This document shows, piece by piece, positions 18,758 to 27,824 of a stretch of 64,000 nt of DNA. The stretch is from Candidatus Moraniibacteriota bacterium. Its GTDB lineage: Bacteria > Patescibacteriota > Minisyncoccia > Moranbacterales > JAPLXC01. The first letter of the stretch is position 1, and each line of letters begins with the position of its first letter. The DNA lies in NCBI GenBank assembly GCA_026396275.1, contig JAPLXC010000019.1:355-64354 (forward strand). Reading direction: 5' to 3'. A model generated the notes under the pieces. It had not been told where the DNA came from. It made no database searches and was given only the letters and a program-made list of their open reading frames with translations. A program made the position numbers and the translations under genes.

Positions 18758-19240
18758 ATGAAACCAAAATTTTCCTTTGAAAAATCAGTCGGTGGAGTAA
18801 TATTTTTTCAGGAGGAAAACACTATAAAATATCTTCTTCTCCATTATGAGTCAGGCCATTGGGATTTTCCTAAGGGCCATGTTGAAAAAGGAGAAAGTGA
18901 TGGAGAAACGCTGAAAAGGGAAATTCAGGAGGAAACCGGGATTACTGGCGTTGGGATTATCCCGGGATTTAAAAAACAGATTAGATATTTTTACCGGGCC
19001 GGCAAGGAAGAAAAAGAAAAAAGGATAAAAGAGGGCATTGGCACAAGCATTATCAAAAGGGTAATATACTACCTTGCCGAAACCAAAACCAAAGAAGTAA
19101 AAATTTCTTTTGAGCATATCGGCTTTGAGTGGCTGGCATACGACAACGCGTTAGAGAGAATTACCTACAAAAATTCAAAAGAAGTTTTAAAAGAAGCTAA
19201 TGATTTTTTGATAAATAATAAGCAGTTGAGCATTCTATAA
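18758..19240 (+). CDS. NUDIX hydrolase
   Basis: Nudix box PKGHVEKGESDGETLKREIQEETGI. Confidence 0.8.
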   Translation: MKPKFSFEKSVGGVIFFQEENTIKYLLLHYESGHWDFPKGHVEKGESDGETLKREIQEETGITGVGIIPGFKKQIRYFYRAGKEEKEKRIKEGIGTSIIKRVIYYLAETKTKEVKISFEHIGFEWLAYDNALERITYKNSKEVLKEANDFLINNKQLSIL

Positions 19241-19261
19241 ACTTAAAAATTGCACATCAAA

Positions 19262-19331
19262 TGTCATTCCTGCCTCTGAGCCGGAATCCAGAACAAATTT
19301 TTCTAGATTCCGCATCAAGTGCGGAATGACA
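19262..19331. mobile_element. MITE-like element family A copy 2
   Basis: TGTCATTCCTGCC...GATTCCGCATCAAGTGCGGAATGACA. Relative to copy 1, one stem base pair has a compensatory change (GG/CC to GC/GC). Confidence 0.75.
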
Positions 19332-19345
19332 TTAAAAAACCCCCC

Positions 19346-19579
19346 ATGACTTACAAAGGCGGAGAATATTCATTCAATGAATTATTAAAAGAGCTGAAAC
19401 AGCGGGCTAAAAAAGAATTGATACAATCCGACTACGAGTACCTGGAGTTAATTGACGGACTAATCGAAGAAAAGAAAAGCCAGGGTTATTTTTCGGAAGA
19501 CGAGGATATGGAGCAACTCAAAAGCGATCTGGAAATTATGTGGCCGGAAGTGGAAAAATATTTGCAGGATGAAAAATAG
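19346..19579 (+). CDS. Hypothetical small acidic protein (start revised to MTYKGGEYSF)
   Basis: The listed ORF start at 19319 lies inside the MITE-like element. Confidence 0.4.
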   Translation: MTYKGGEYSFNELLKELKQRAKKELIQSDYEYLELIDGLIEEKKSQGYFSEDEDMEQLKSDLEIMWPEVEKYLQDEK

Positions 19580-19636
19580 TTTTAATAGTCAGGCCATTCT
19601 TGATAAATTATTTAAGCCGGGATATTATATTAAAAG

Positions 19637-21346
19637 ATGAATATCAGGAAAAAAATCAAGATTAAATTTGCAGGAGTTTTATTTCTTGGCATAATTGCCG
19701 GGCTGATTTCGTATCCTCAAGCAATGAAATTCGCGCCGCCGTTTTATAATGCGCTTAATAAACTTAAGATAAATTTAGGCCTGGATCTTCAGGGCGGAAT
19801 ACATTTGGAATATAAAGCCGATGTTTCCAATGTTGAAAAAAGCAAAGTTAACGATGCTCTTCAGGGGGCGCAGGACGTGATTGAGCGACGCATTAATGCT
19901 TTTGGCGTCGGCGAACCGTTAGTGCAAACAGCGCAATCAGGAGGAGAACGTCGGATTGTTGTAGAACTGCCCGGAGTGAAAGACATTGAAGAGGCAAAAA
20001 AAAGAATAAAAGACACGCCTTTTTTGGAATTTAAAGAAGAGACCAGTCCCGAGGAATTGGCCAAAACCCAGGAATTATTCAATTCCTTGAATGAGCAGAC
20101 AAAAAAACAGGCAGAGGATATCCTTCAGCGCGCGCTGGCCAGTGAAAATCTTGAGGACTTGGCAAAGCAGTACAGTCAGGATCCCGGCTCTAAGGACCAG
20201 GGTGGTGATCTGGGTTTTGTGAAGAAAGGGATTTTTGTTCCTGAATTTAACAAAATTTTATTTGAAGAAAATTTAAAGCCGGGCGAAATTTACCCCAAGC
20301 TGGTTGAATCCCAATTCGGCTGGCATATTATTAAATTTATTGAATCGCGCGGGGAAGGGGATAATCTGGAGGTGCATAGCCAGCATATTCTTTTTGCCAA
20401 GCAGTCGGCGGAGATGGTTCCTGATTTGAAATATAAATCAACCGGGCTTTCAGGAAAAAATCTCAAAAGTGCCGCGGTGACCTTTACCAGCCAGGGCTTG
20501 AGTGAGCCGCAGGTTTCCCTGAAATTCGACGCAGAAGGGACAAAACTTTTCGCGGAACTTACTAAAAAAAATCTGGGGAAAACCATCGCTATTTATCTTG
20601 ATGGCACAGTTATTAGTGCCCCAGTGGTCCAGGCGGAAATCGCCAATGGTGAAGCTGTTATCACGGGAGATTTTTCCCAGGAGGAAGCAAAAGAATTGGC
20701 TCAACGTCTCAATGAAGGAGCGCTTCCGGTACCACTCACGTTAGTCGGCCAGCAAAGCGTGGAAGCGTCACTGGGAGCCGAATCTCTGAAAAAAAGTTTT
20801 GTGGCTGGCCTGGTGGGACTGGCGGCGGTGATGATCTTTATGATTTTTTATTACCGGTTCCTGGGAGTGGTGGCAGTGATAGCTCTTCTTATTTACACCT
20901 GCATAATGGTTTCCATCGTAAAATTATCCGGAACTTTCACTCCCTGGCCGATTACTCTTACCCTTTCCGGAATCGCCGGCTTTATTCTTTCCATCGGAAT
21001 GGCGGTTGATGCCAATATCCTGATATTTGAAAGAACTAAAGAAGAAATCCGAAGGGGGAGAGGCATTATGAACGCACTGGACGAAGGATTTAAGCGCGCC
21101 TGGACGTCCATCCGCGACGGCAATGTTTCTTCCATTATTACCTCTTTCATTTTAATTATGATGGGAACCGGCTTTGTTAAGGGATTCGCCGTGATGCTGA
21201 TTGTCGGAGTGCTGATTTCGATGTTCACGGCAGTGACGATTTCAAGAACGTTGCTTAGGGTTTTGGTGGGAGAGTGGATAATGGATAAGCTGTGGATGAT
21301 GGGGATTTCTGAAAAATCAAAAATCAAAAATCAAAATGAAAAATGA
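19637..21346 (+). CDS. secD: Protein translocase subunit SecD with an inserted parvulin-like (PpiC-type PPIase) segment
   Basis: SecD TM core. Periplasmic region contains [37 protein letters not shown]...[18 protein letters not shown]...HSQHILF. C-terminal KSKIKNQ heptamer insert. Confidence 0.85.
   Translation: MNIRKKIKIKFAGVLFLGIIAGLISYPQAMKFAPPFYNALNKLKINLGLDLQGGIHLEYKADVSNVEKSKVNDALQGAQDVIERRINAFGVGEPLVQTAQSGGERRIVVELPGVKDIEEAKKRIKDTPFLEFKEETSPEELAKTQELFNSLNEQTKKQAEDILQRALASENLEDLAKQYSQDPGSKDQGGDLGFVKKGIFVPEFNKILFEENLKPGEIYPKLVESQFGWHIIKFIESRGEGDNLEVHSQHILFAKQSAEMVPDLKYKSTGLSGKNLKSAAVTFTSQGLSEPQVSLKFDAEGTKLFAELTKKNLGKTIAIYLDGTVISAPVVQAEIANGEAVITGDFSQEEAKELAQRLNEGALPVPLTLVGQQSVEASLGAESLKKSFVAGLVGLAAVMIFMIFYYRFLGVVAVIALLIYTCIMVSIVKLSGTFTPWPITLTLSGIAGFILSIGMAVDANILIFERTKEEIRRGRGIMNALDEGFKRAWTSIRDGNVSSIITSFILIMMGTGFVKGFAVMLIVGVLISMFTAVTISRTLLRVLVGEWIMDKLWMMGISEKSKIKNQNEK
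21311..21340. repeat. (AAAATCA)x3 heptamer repeat in frame at the secD 3' end
   Basis: Read directly. An inverted partner ttttgatatttgattttttatttttgatat lies at about 21385-21415. Confidence 0.85.
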
Positions 21347-21412
21347 CAAGGTAAAAATGATAATCGCAGTGCGATACAATAATTTTGATATTTGATTTTT
21401 TATTTTTGATAT

Positions 21413-22171
21413 ATGTTTGATATTATCTCTAAAATAAAATACGCCTACATATTCTCTGGAATACTAACAATCTTGAGCATACTTAGTTTGTTCGTTTGGG
21501 GATTGAATTTCGGCATTGATTTTAAAGGCGGAACGTTGATGGAAGTTCAGTTCAGCGCAGCTGCTCCGGGGGTCTCGGAAATTCAGGAGAAACTTAAAGA
21601 GGTACAAGTTCAGGATCTCACTATCCAGCCTAGCCAGGTAAGTTCCGTGATTTTGCGCTATTTGGCTTCAGACGAGACGCACAACGAACAAGTGCTTGAG
21701 AAACTGCGCGAATTTGATCCCGGCGCCAAACAGCTGAAAGTTGACTTCATCGGTGCTTCTGTTTCCGATCAGATCAAAAAGAACGCTATTTGGGCGATTC
21801 TGCTGGCAGTGGTGGGGATTGCGCTCTATATTGCTTGGGCTTTTCGCAAGGTCTCGCGGCCTGTTTCTTCCTGGCAATATGGGATAAACGCGGTTATCGC
21901 GCTTATTCACGACATCTTGATTACTTCTGGTGTTTTTTCAGTGCTGGGGCATTTTTTCCAAGTGGAGATCGGCGTTCCTTTTATAGCGGCGCTGCATACA
22001 TCTCTTACAGTCATTATTACGCTTCTGGCAATTTATATTTTTGGCGGGGAGTCAGTCAAATTATTTTCCCTCGCGCTTTTGATCGGGATAACTTTCGGAA
22101 CCTATTCTTCAATTTTTATCGCCTCGGCATTATTGGTTACCAGTTATAATCTAAAAGTTAAAACCCGTTAA
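21413..22171 (+). CDS. secF: Protein translocase subunit SecF
   Basis: N-terminal TM helix followed by GIDFKGGT, and a 6-TM C-terminal domain. Confidence 0.85.
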   Translation: MFDIISKIKYAYIFSGILTILSILSLFVWGLNFGIDFKGGTLMEVQFSAAAPGVSEIQEKLKEVQVQDLTIQPSQVSSVILRYLASDETHNEQVLEKLREFDPGAKQLKVDFIGASVSDQIKKNAIWAILLAVVGIALYIAWAFRKVSRPVSSWQYGINAVIALIHDILITSGVFSVLGHFFQVEIGVPFIAALHTSLTVIITLLAIYIFGGESVKLFSLALLIGITFGTYSSIFIASALLVTSYNLKVKTR

Positions 22172-22212
22172 CTCGCGAACTCGTTAACCGGACAATAAAT
22201 AACCAGATAGCA

Positions 22213-22464
22213 ATGTGGAATCCGTTAAAAAAATTTAAAAAATCAGATGATCCTAATAAAATGGGAATATTACAGCGTTTGGCAATGAAAAGAGTGATGT
22301 CGATGAGTGAAGAAGAAAGAAAAAAGTTGGCGGAAAAGGCAATGTCGCCGGAAAACATCACCAAAAACAAGGATAAAATTCTGGAAGTATTAGAACAGAT
22401 GAAAGCTAGCGGACAACTTACTGAAGAACAAGTGGAAGAGGCTAAAAGGAAATTAAACCTTTAA
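22213..22464 (+). CDS. Hypothetical small Lys/Glu-rich protein
   Basis: 83-aa ORF followed by a rho-independent terminator. Confidence 0.4.
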   Translation: MWNPLKKFKKSDDPNKMGILQRLAMKRVMSMSEEERKKLAEKAMSPENITKNKDKILEVLEQMKASGQLTEEQVEEAKRKLNL

Positions 22465-22493
22465 ATCAATTCGTATTCTTTAAGAAAGCAAAA

Positions 22494-22519
22494 AGGCAGA
22501 AAATATCTGCCTCTTTTTA
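22494..22519 (+). terminator. Rho-independent terminator (AGGCAGA-aaata-TCTGCCT followed by CTTTTTA)
   Basis: 7-bp GC-containing stem plus a T-run. Confidence 0.7.
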
Positions 22520-22560
22520 TGCCATTCGGAAAGAAAGAACTACCTCCATTTGGAGGTGAA

Positions 22561-22624
22561 GCGGGAGGGAGGATTCGAACCTCCCCCCAGAAGTGGTCCC
22601 CCTAGGCTCCCAAGGAACTCCCGC
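22561..22624 (-). pseudogene. Truncated tRNA-like element (acceptor stem, D arm and T arm present; anticodon arm missing), 64 nt
   Basis: The reverse complement reads GCGGGAG-TT-CCTTGGGAGCCTAGGG...GGAGG-TTCGAAT-CCTCC-CTCCCGC. There is a perfect 7-bp acceptor stem and a canonical T loop, but no 5+7+5 anticodon stem-loop. Confidence 0.5.
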
Positions 22625-22723
22625 ACATTGATTTTAGCTTTCTTAATTTAATTATATTGCGTCTGCCTGAAAGTGCAATACACCTTTTCTTTTTCGGAAA
22701 AATGCACTAAAATAGGAAAGAAA

Positions 22724-22805
22724 GGGCATTTAGCTCCCCGTACATCCCGCTTGAGCGGGAAACGGGGCAAATAGCTGGCTGCTAATAAATGGGCACATAG
22801 CTCAG
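22724..22805 (+). repeat. Two decayed copies of the tRNA-Val 5' end (GGGCAtTtAGCTC at 22724 and GGGCACATAGCTCAG at 22791) upstream of the intact gene
   Basis: Direct sequence identity with the first 15 nt of the tRNA at 22824. Confidence 0.7.
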
Positions 22806-22823
22806 CCTTGCCCCGCACCATTT

Positions 22824-22897
22824 GGGCACATAGCTCAGTTGGTTAGAGCGCTGCATTCACATTGCAGAGGTCACTGGTTCGAGTCCAGTTGTGCCCA
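22824..22897 (+). tRNA. tRNA-Val (anticodon CAC)
   Basis: GGGCACA/TGTGCCC acceptor stem, GCTC-AGTTGGTT-AGAGC D arm, CTGCA-TTCACAT-TGCAG anticodon arm, ACTGG-TTCGAGT-CCAGT T arm. CCA is not encoded. Confidence 0.85.
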
Positions 22898-22935
22898 CAA
22901 TTGCAAAAAATAAACCGTGCTGATACTATAAGGTT

Positions 22936-24159
22936 ATGGACAAAGATTTTGAGTCAAAAGTTGAAGAAATTCTAACTCGCGGAGTAAGCGAGGTGATTGA
23001 CCGCGAACATCTTAAAAAGTGTCTTTTAAAAGGGGAAAAATTAAGAATAAAACACGGTGTTGATCCAACAACTCCCGATTTACATTTGGGATATGCAGTA
23101 GTTTATCGGAAATTAAAGCAACTTCAGGATTTGGGCCACCAGATAGTTTTTTTAATTGGCGATTTTACCGGCCGTTTTGGCGATCCGACGGACAGAGAAA
23201 AAATAAGGGAGATGAAAAAGAAAGAAGATGTAAAAGAACTTGCGAAAAATTACATTAATCAATTGGGAAAAATTTTGGATATTAAAAAAGTTGAAGTACG
23301 CCATAACGGTGAATGGTACGATAAAATGTCGGCCGAAGAACTGCTTAAATTAATGTCGAAATTTACTACCAGAAGGATGCTTGAGCGTGATATGTTTAAA
23401 GAAAGAGATAGAAAAGGATTAGAAATTGGACTGCACGAGCCAGTATATCCAGTTCTTCAAGGATATGATTCGGTGATGCTCAAATCCGACCTCACGGTCA
23501 TCGGTAGCGATCAAAAATTTAATGAACTTCAAGGAAGAAAAATTCAGGAAATTTATGGTCAGGAACCGCAAGATATTATTATCATGCCTGTTTTAGCTGG
23601 CACCGACGGCAAGCAAAAAATGAGCCAGAGTTTGGGAAATTATATCGGCCTTACTGAAGACTCTGATCAAATGTTTGGAAAAATTATGTCTATTCCTGAC
23701 ACTTCAATAACAAATTATTACGAACTTTGTACAGATGTTCCAATGGAAAGCATAAAAAAGATTGAAAAAGATATGAAATCGGGCAAATTAAATCCGCGCG
23801 ACGCGAAGCTTGATCTGGCGCAGGAAATTGTGAAAATTTATCACGGAGAAGATAATGCCAAAAAAGCAAGGGAATATTTCATTAAGACATTTTCAGAGCG
23901 TAAAACGCCGGAAAATATTCCAGAACAAGTTATAGAATGGGTTGAGGCTTACAATGCGCATCAAAACGTTATGGATTTTATGGTTTCAGCCAAACTTGCA
24001 ACCAGCAGAAGCGACGCAAGAAGAAAAATTGAACAGGGCGGCGTATCAATTGATGGAAAAAAAGTTATTGCAGGAGAATTAATTTTAACACCGGAAATAT
24101 ATGATGGCAAAGTGGTGAAAGTTGGAAAAATACATTTTGTAAAAATAAAATTCAAATAA
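22936..24159 (+). CDS. tyrS: Tyrosyl-tRNA synthetase
   Basis: DPT..DLHLGY (HIGH-type motif), KMSQS (KMSKS motif) and a C-terminal S4 domain. Confidence 0.9.
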   Translation: MDKDFESKVEEILTRGVSEVIDREHLKKCLLKGEKLRIKHGVDPTTPDLHLGYAVVYRKLKQLQDLGHQIVFLIGDFTGRFGDPTDREKIREMKKKEDVKELAKNYINQLGKILDIKKVEVRHNGEWYDKMSAEELLKLMSKFTTRRMLERDMFKERDRKGLEIGLHEPVYPVLQGYDSVMLKSDLTVIGSDQKFNELQGRKIQEIYGQEPQDIIIMPVLAGTDGKQKMSQSLGNYIGLTEDSDQMFGKIMSIPDTSITNYYELCTDVPMESIKKIEKDMKSGKLNPRDAKLDLAQEIVKIYHGEDNAKKAREYFIKTFSERKTPENIPEQVIEWVEAYNAHQNVMDFMVSAKLATSRSDARRKIEQGGVSIDGKKVIAGELILTPEIYDGKVVKVGKIHFVKIKFK

Positions 24160-25188
24160 ATGCTGGAGCAGAAAATTTTAAATATCAAAACGCAGGCATT
24201 TCAGGATACGAAAGACGCCAAAACGGGAGCGGATGTTTTGAATTTGCGCGTGAAATATTTAGGGCGAAAAAGCGAATTCAACAAGATTTTGAAAGGCCTC
24301 AAGGACTTGTCCGCTGCGGAAAAAAAGTTGATCGGGCCGCTGGCTAATTCAGCAAAAAAAGAAATAGAACAGGAGCTTCAAAGAGCCGAAAAAGCGATCA
24401 AGGCGAAGAGTTTTGACGCGAAAAAAGAGAAAATTGACGTGACCATACCAGGAAGAAGAGTTAAGCGCGGCCATCTTCATCCACTCACTAAAATCCAAAA
24501 TGAGATAGAAGACATTTTTGCTTCGATGGGATTTGAAATTGCCGACGGGCCGGAAGTGGAAACGGAATGGTATAATTTTGACGCTCTTAATATTCCCGCT
24601 GATCATCCGGCAAGAGACGCGTGGGATACGTTTTTTATCAAAAATAAAAATGAAGGAAAATTATTATTGCGGACGCATACATCGCCCGTTCAGATACGAT
24701 ACATGCAGACGCATAAGCCGCCATTTCGCATTATCGTACCGGGAAAGTGTTTTCGCCATGAAGCGACTGACGCGGCTCACGAGCATACTTTTTATCAATT
24801 TGAAGCGCTGATGGTAGGCGATGATATTAGCGTTGCTCACTTAAAACACATTGCCCAGCAGTTTTTTTCCCGATTTTTCAAGAAGGAGGTAAAAATTCGG
24901 CTGCGCCCCAGTTTTTTTCCTTTCACCGAACCCAGCTTTGAATTTGATTTGAGCTGCACGGTCTGCTCCGGCAAGGGTTGTCCATCGTGCAAAGGCGGAG
25001 GATGGCTGGAAATGGGCGGAGCCGGAATGGTCAATCAAGCCGTTTTCGTCGCAGCAGGTTATCCGCGCAACCGCTACCAGGGATTGGCCTGGGGATTTGG
25101 CCTGGAGCGTTTGGCGATGATGAGATGGAAGATTGATGATATCCGGCTGTTTCATAGCGGGGATTTAAGGTTTATTAAGCAGTTCTAG
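24160..25188 (+). CDS. pheS: Phenylalanyl-tRNA synthetase alpha subunit
   Basis: FDALNIPADHPARD and GKCFRHEATDAAHEHTFYQFE class II motifs. Also a Cys-rich insert CTVCSGKGCPSCKGG. Confidence 0.9.
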   Translation: MLEQKILNIKTQAFQDTKDAKTGADVLNLRVKYLGRKSEFNKILKGLKDLSAAEKKLIGPLANSAKKEIEQELQRAEKAIKAKSFDAKKEKIDVTIPGRRVKRGHLHPLTKIQNEIEDIFASMGFEIADGPEVETEWYNFDALNIPADHPARDAWDTFFIKNKNEGKLLLRTHTSPVQIRYMQTHKPPFRIIVPGKCFRHEATDAAHEHTFYQFEALMVGDDISVAHLKHIAQQFFSRFFKKEVKIRLRPSFFPFTEPSFEFDLSCTVCSGKGCPSCKGGGWLEMGGAGMVNQAVFVAAGYPRNRYQGLAWGFGLERLAMMRWKIDDIRLFHSGDLRFIKQF

Positions 25189-25192
25189 TAAT

Positions 25193-25275
25193 CTTTACAA
25201 ATTACTAATTTAATACGAATATACTAATCATTTCTTAAAAATTCGTATATTAGTAAATAATTCGTAATTAGTAAA
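25193..25275. repeat. Intergenic repeat family B copy 2 (rearranged)
   Basis: Shares tctttac...tacgaatata...attcgtatattagtaaataattcgtaattagtaaag with copies 1 and 3. Confidence 0.65.
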
Positions 25276-25283
25276 GAATTGTC

Positions 25284-27359
25284 ATGAAATTTTCATATAA
25301 TTGGTTGAAAGAATTAAGCGGAACGAAAAAGTCGCCAAAAGAATTGGCGGAGCTTTTGACAATGCGTTCATTTGAGGTTGAAGGAATTGAAAAAGCAAAA
25401 AGCGATAATGTTTTGGATATTAAAATACTGGCTGATCGGGGACATGATTGTTTAAGTCATATAGGAATTGCCAGGGAAATTACAGCACTCGAAGGAAAAA
25501 AATTTGTCTTACATTACGGAAAATCAAAAATCAAAAATCAAAAATCAAAAATTGTTAAGATAGATATTCAAGACAAGAAATTATGTCCTCGCTATATCGG
25601 CGCGGTAATGACGAATATAAAAATAGGGCCGTCGCCAAAATGGATGCAGGAACGATTAATTACTGGAGGATTAAGGCCGATAAACAATATAGTTGACGCA
25701 ACCAATTATGTAATGCTGGAAACGGGACAGCCACTGCACGCATTCGATGCGGACAAAATCAAAGATCAAAAATCAAAAATCAAAATTATAATAAGGAAAG
25801 CGAAAAAAGGGGAGAAAATTAAATTGTTGGATGAAACGGAAAAAGTTTTAGCAGACGATGATCTAGTAATTGCTGATTCTCAAAAAGCCCTGGCTATTGC
25901 CGGGATTAAGGGCGGGGTGGAGGCGGAAATTGGCGAGAACACCCAAACGATCGTGCTGGAAGCGGCAAATTTCAATCCGACGGCCATTCGCAAAAGCCGG
26001 ATTCGTCTGGGACTAAAAACCGATGCCTCCGACCGGTTTGAAAAAGAAATTGATCCCAATCTTGCGGAAATCGCAATGGCAAGAGTTGTCTGGATAATTG
26101 AGGAATTTGGCGGAAAAACGGAAGGAATGTTTGATGTTTATCCTTCCAAGGTGAATTCTTGGAAAATCAAGTTGGACCTGAATTATGTTAATAAACTTCT
26201 TGGAGAAAATATACCAGTCAAGGCGGTTACAAAAATATTAAAATCGCTCGGATTGCTGGTTACTGGTTACGGATCACAAGTTACGGTTACGGTTCCGACG
26301 TTCAGGATTGATTTAAAAACCCAGGAAGATCTGGTTGAAGAAATCGGAAGAATTTACGGATATGAGAAAATTAAGCCGCAAGCCCCTCACGCTCCGATTC
26401 AGGCGGCGGAGGTGAACGAGCAAAGGTTATTTGAGAGGGAGGTCAAAAATATTCTTGCGGGCAAAGGATTTTCGGAAGTGTATAATTATTCCTTCTACAG
26501 CGCGCGCGACGCGGGACTGGCCGGGCTGGGAGCGATCGAGCATCTGGAACTGGAAAATCCGATGAATCCCGATCAAGCGTTGATGCGGGTGAGCTTGATT
26601 CCTGGAATTTTGAAAAATATTAATCATAATCTGAAATATTTTGACGATTTTCGAATTTTTGAAATTGGGCGCGTATATTGGACAAATAAAACAATATTAC
26701 CTGAAGAAAAAAATATGCTGGCGGGAGCGATTGTTATGGAAGAAAGCAGCAAGAAGGAAGCATTAAGCGGAGTTGAAAAAGCAAAAGGATTTTATGAATT
26801 AAAAAGTTATGCAGATGTATTGCTAAGCAGGATAGGAATTGATGATTATTATTTTGACACTTTTGACGCGGTGCCAAATGATTCATTTTCAACGCTCTGG
26901 CACGAGGGAAGGACAGCGGAAATAAAAATAGAAGGTCATGAAAAAGCCATTGGATTTTTGGGAGAAATAAATCCTTTTTTACTGGCCAATTTTGATATTC
27001 ACAAAAGAGTGGCGTGTTTCGAATTTGATCTGGAAAAGTTGCAGGAAATATCCCAGTCGGAAAGAGAATATCAGCCGGTCAGGAAATATCCGGAAGTTAT
27101 CCGCGATATATCCATGATCGCCCGGAGCAATGTACTGGTAGACGAAATTCTAGCTGCTATTCAAAAAGCTGGAGGAAATTTAGTTCTAGATGTTGACCTC
27201 TTTGACATTTTCGATTTTGCCGACAGCACATCCAGCTACGCTTTTCACATTATCTTCGGTGCGGAAAACCGGACGCTCAAAAGCGGGGAAGTGGATGAAT
27301 TGATGAAAAAAATAAGTTCTGTGCTGGAAAAAGATTTAAAGGTTAAGGTAAGGAAATAA
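25284..27359 (+). CDS. pheT: Phenylalanyl-tRNA synthetase beta subunit, with two in-frame heptamer inserts
   Basis: MKFSYNWLKEL N-terminus plus the B3/4 and B5 domains. Inserts [12 protein letters not shown] and KIKDQKSKIKI. Confidence 0.9.
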   Translation: MKFSYNWLKELSGTKKSPKELAELLTMRSFEVEGIEKAKSDNVLDIKILADRGHDCLSHIGIAREITALEGKKFVLHYGKSKIKNQKSKIVKIDIQDKKLCPRYIGAVMTNIKIGPSPKWMQERLITGGLRPINNIVDATNYVMLETGQPLHAFDADKIKDQKSKIKIIIRKAKKGEKIKLLDETEKVLADDDLVIADSQKALAIAGIKGGVEAEIGENTQTIVLEAANFNPTAIRKSRIRLGLKTDASDRFEKEIDPNLAEIAMARVVWIIEEFGGKTEGMFDVYPSKVNSWKIKLDLNYVNKLLGENIPVKAVTKILKSLGLLVTGYGSQVTVTVPTFRIDLKTQEDLVEEIGRIYGYEKIKPQAPHAPIQAAEVNEQRLFEREVKNILAGKGFSEVYNYSFYSARDAGLAGLGAIEHLELENPMNPDQALMRVSLIPGILKNINHNLKYFDDFRIFEIGRVYWTNKTILPEEKNMLAGAIVMEESSKKEALSGVEKAKGFYELKSYADVLLSRIGIDDYYFDTFDAVPNDSFSTLWHEGRTAEIKIEGHEKAIGFLGEINPFLLANFDIHKRVACFEFDLEKLQEISQSEREYQPVRKYPEVIRDISMIARSNVLVDEILAAIQKAGGNLVLDVDLFDIFDFADSTSSYAFHIIFGAENRTLKSGEVDELMKKISSVLEKDLKVKVRK
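25521..25549. repeat. (AAAATCA)x3 in frame inside pheT
   Basis: Read directly. Confidence 0.85.
25756..25786. repeat. (AAAATCA)-type heptamer repeat in frame inside pheT, second site
   Basis: Sequence reads aaaatcaaagatcaaaaatcaaaaatcaaaat. Confidence 0.85.
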
Positions 27360-27414
27360 GTTTTATCACTTCCATATAAGGTATAAAGTTGTAATTACTA
27401 TGTTATAAAAATAG

Positions 27415-27476
27415 AGGCCTGCTGCTCTATGAGCAACAGGCCTATTTAATTTCTATCGAAGTCGGACTTCGATAGA
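27415..27476. terminator. Convergent terminator pair between pheT (+) and the minus-strand gene
   Basis: Two hairpins: AGGCCTG-n15-CAGGCCT and TCTATCGAAG-tcgga-CTTCGATAGA (10-bp perfect stem). Confidence 0.65.
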
Positions 27477-27477
27477 T

Positions 27478-27795
27478 TTACTCTAAAAAAGCTCTTGTGA
27501 CATCTGATGGGCTATTGAACTTTTTATAATCAACCTCAAATTTAATTTCATCTTCCTGTAAAATAGATGCCACAAAATCTGCTAACTGTCTGCACCAAAT
27601 CTCCTTTCCCTTTACCCCTATTATGTAGGAGTTTGCTGGTGCAGTATCCTGTTCAGTTAAGATATATGAGTTCTTCTTTCTTTTATCCTTTCTAACCGAG
27701 TATCCTCCGGTTCCCAAAGGATAGAAACTCTTATCCTGATCCTCAATGAGTTTTTTTAATACTTCTTCATTTGTATTGGTCTTGAAAATTGTCAT
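27478..27795 (-). CDS. Hypothetical protein
   Basis: 105-aa ORF co-oriented with the DHODH-like gene. No recognisable motif. Confidence 0.4.
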   Translation of the reverse strand: MTIFKTNTNEEVLKKLIEDQDKSFYPLGTGGYSVRKDKRKKNSYILTEQDTAPANSYIIGVKGKEIWCRQLADFVASILQEDEIKFEVDYKKFNSPSDVTRAFLE

Positions 27796-27824
27796 TGTAA
27801 TTTCTTGCTACGCGGTAATTGTTT

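Noticed and set aside
22561-22624. tmRNA (ssrA) 3' tRNA-like domain
   Set aside because: The acceptor and T-arm halves are contiguous within 64 nt. There is no room for a tag-peptide ORF or pseudoknots, and no GGGG...tag...CCACCA organisation.
5207-25786. The tandem heptamer runs considered as CRISPR arrays
   Set aside because: Units are 7 nt with no spacers, sit inside coding sequences and are translated in frame. There is no repeat-spacer architecture and no cas genes. No CRISPR array is present in the window.
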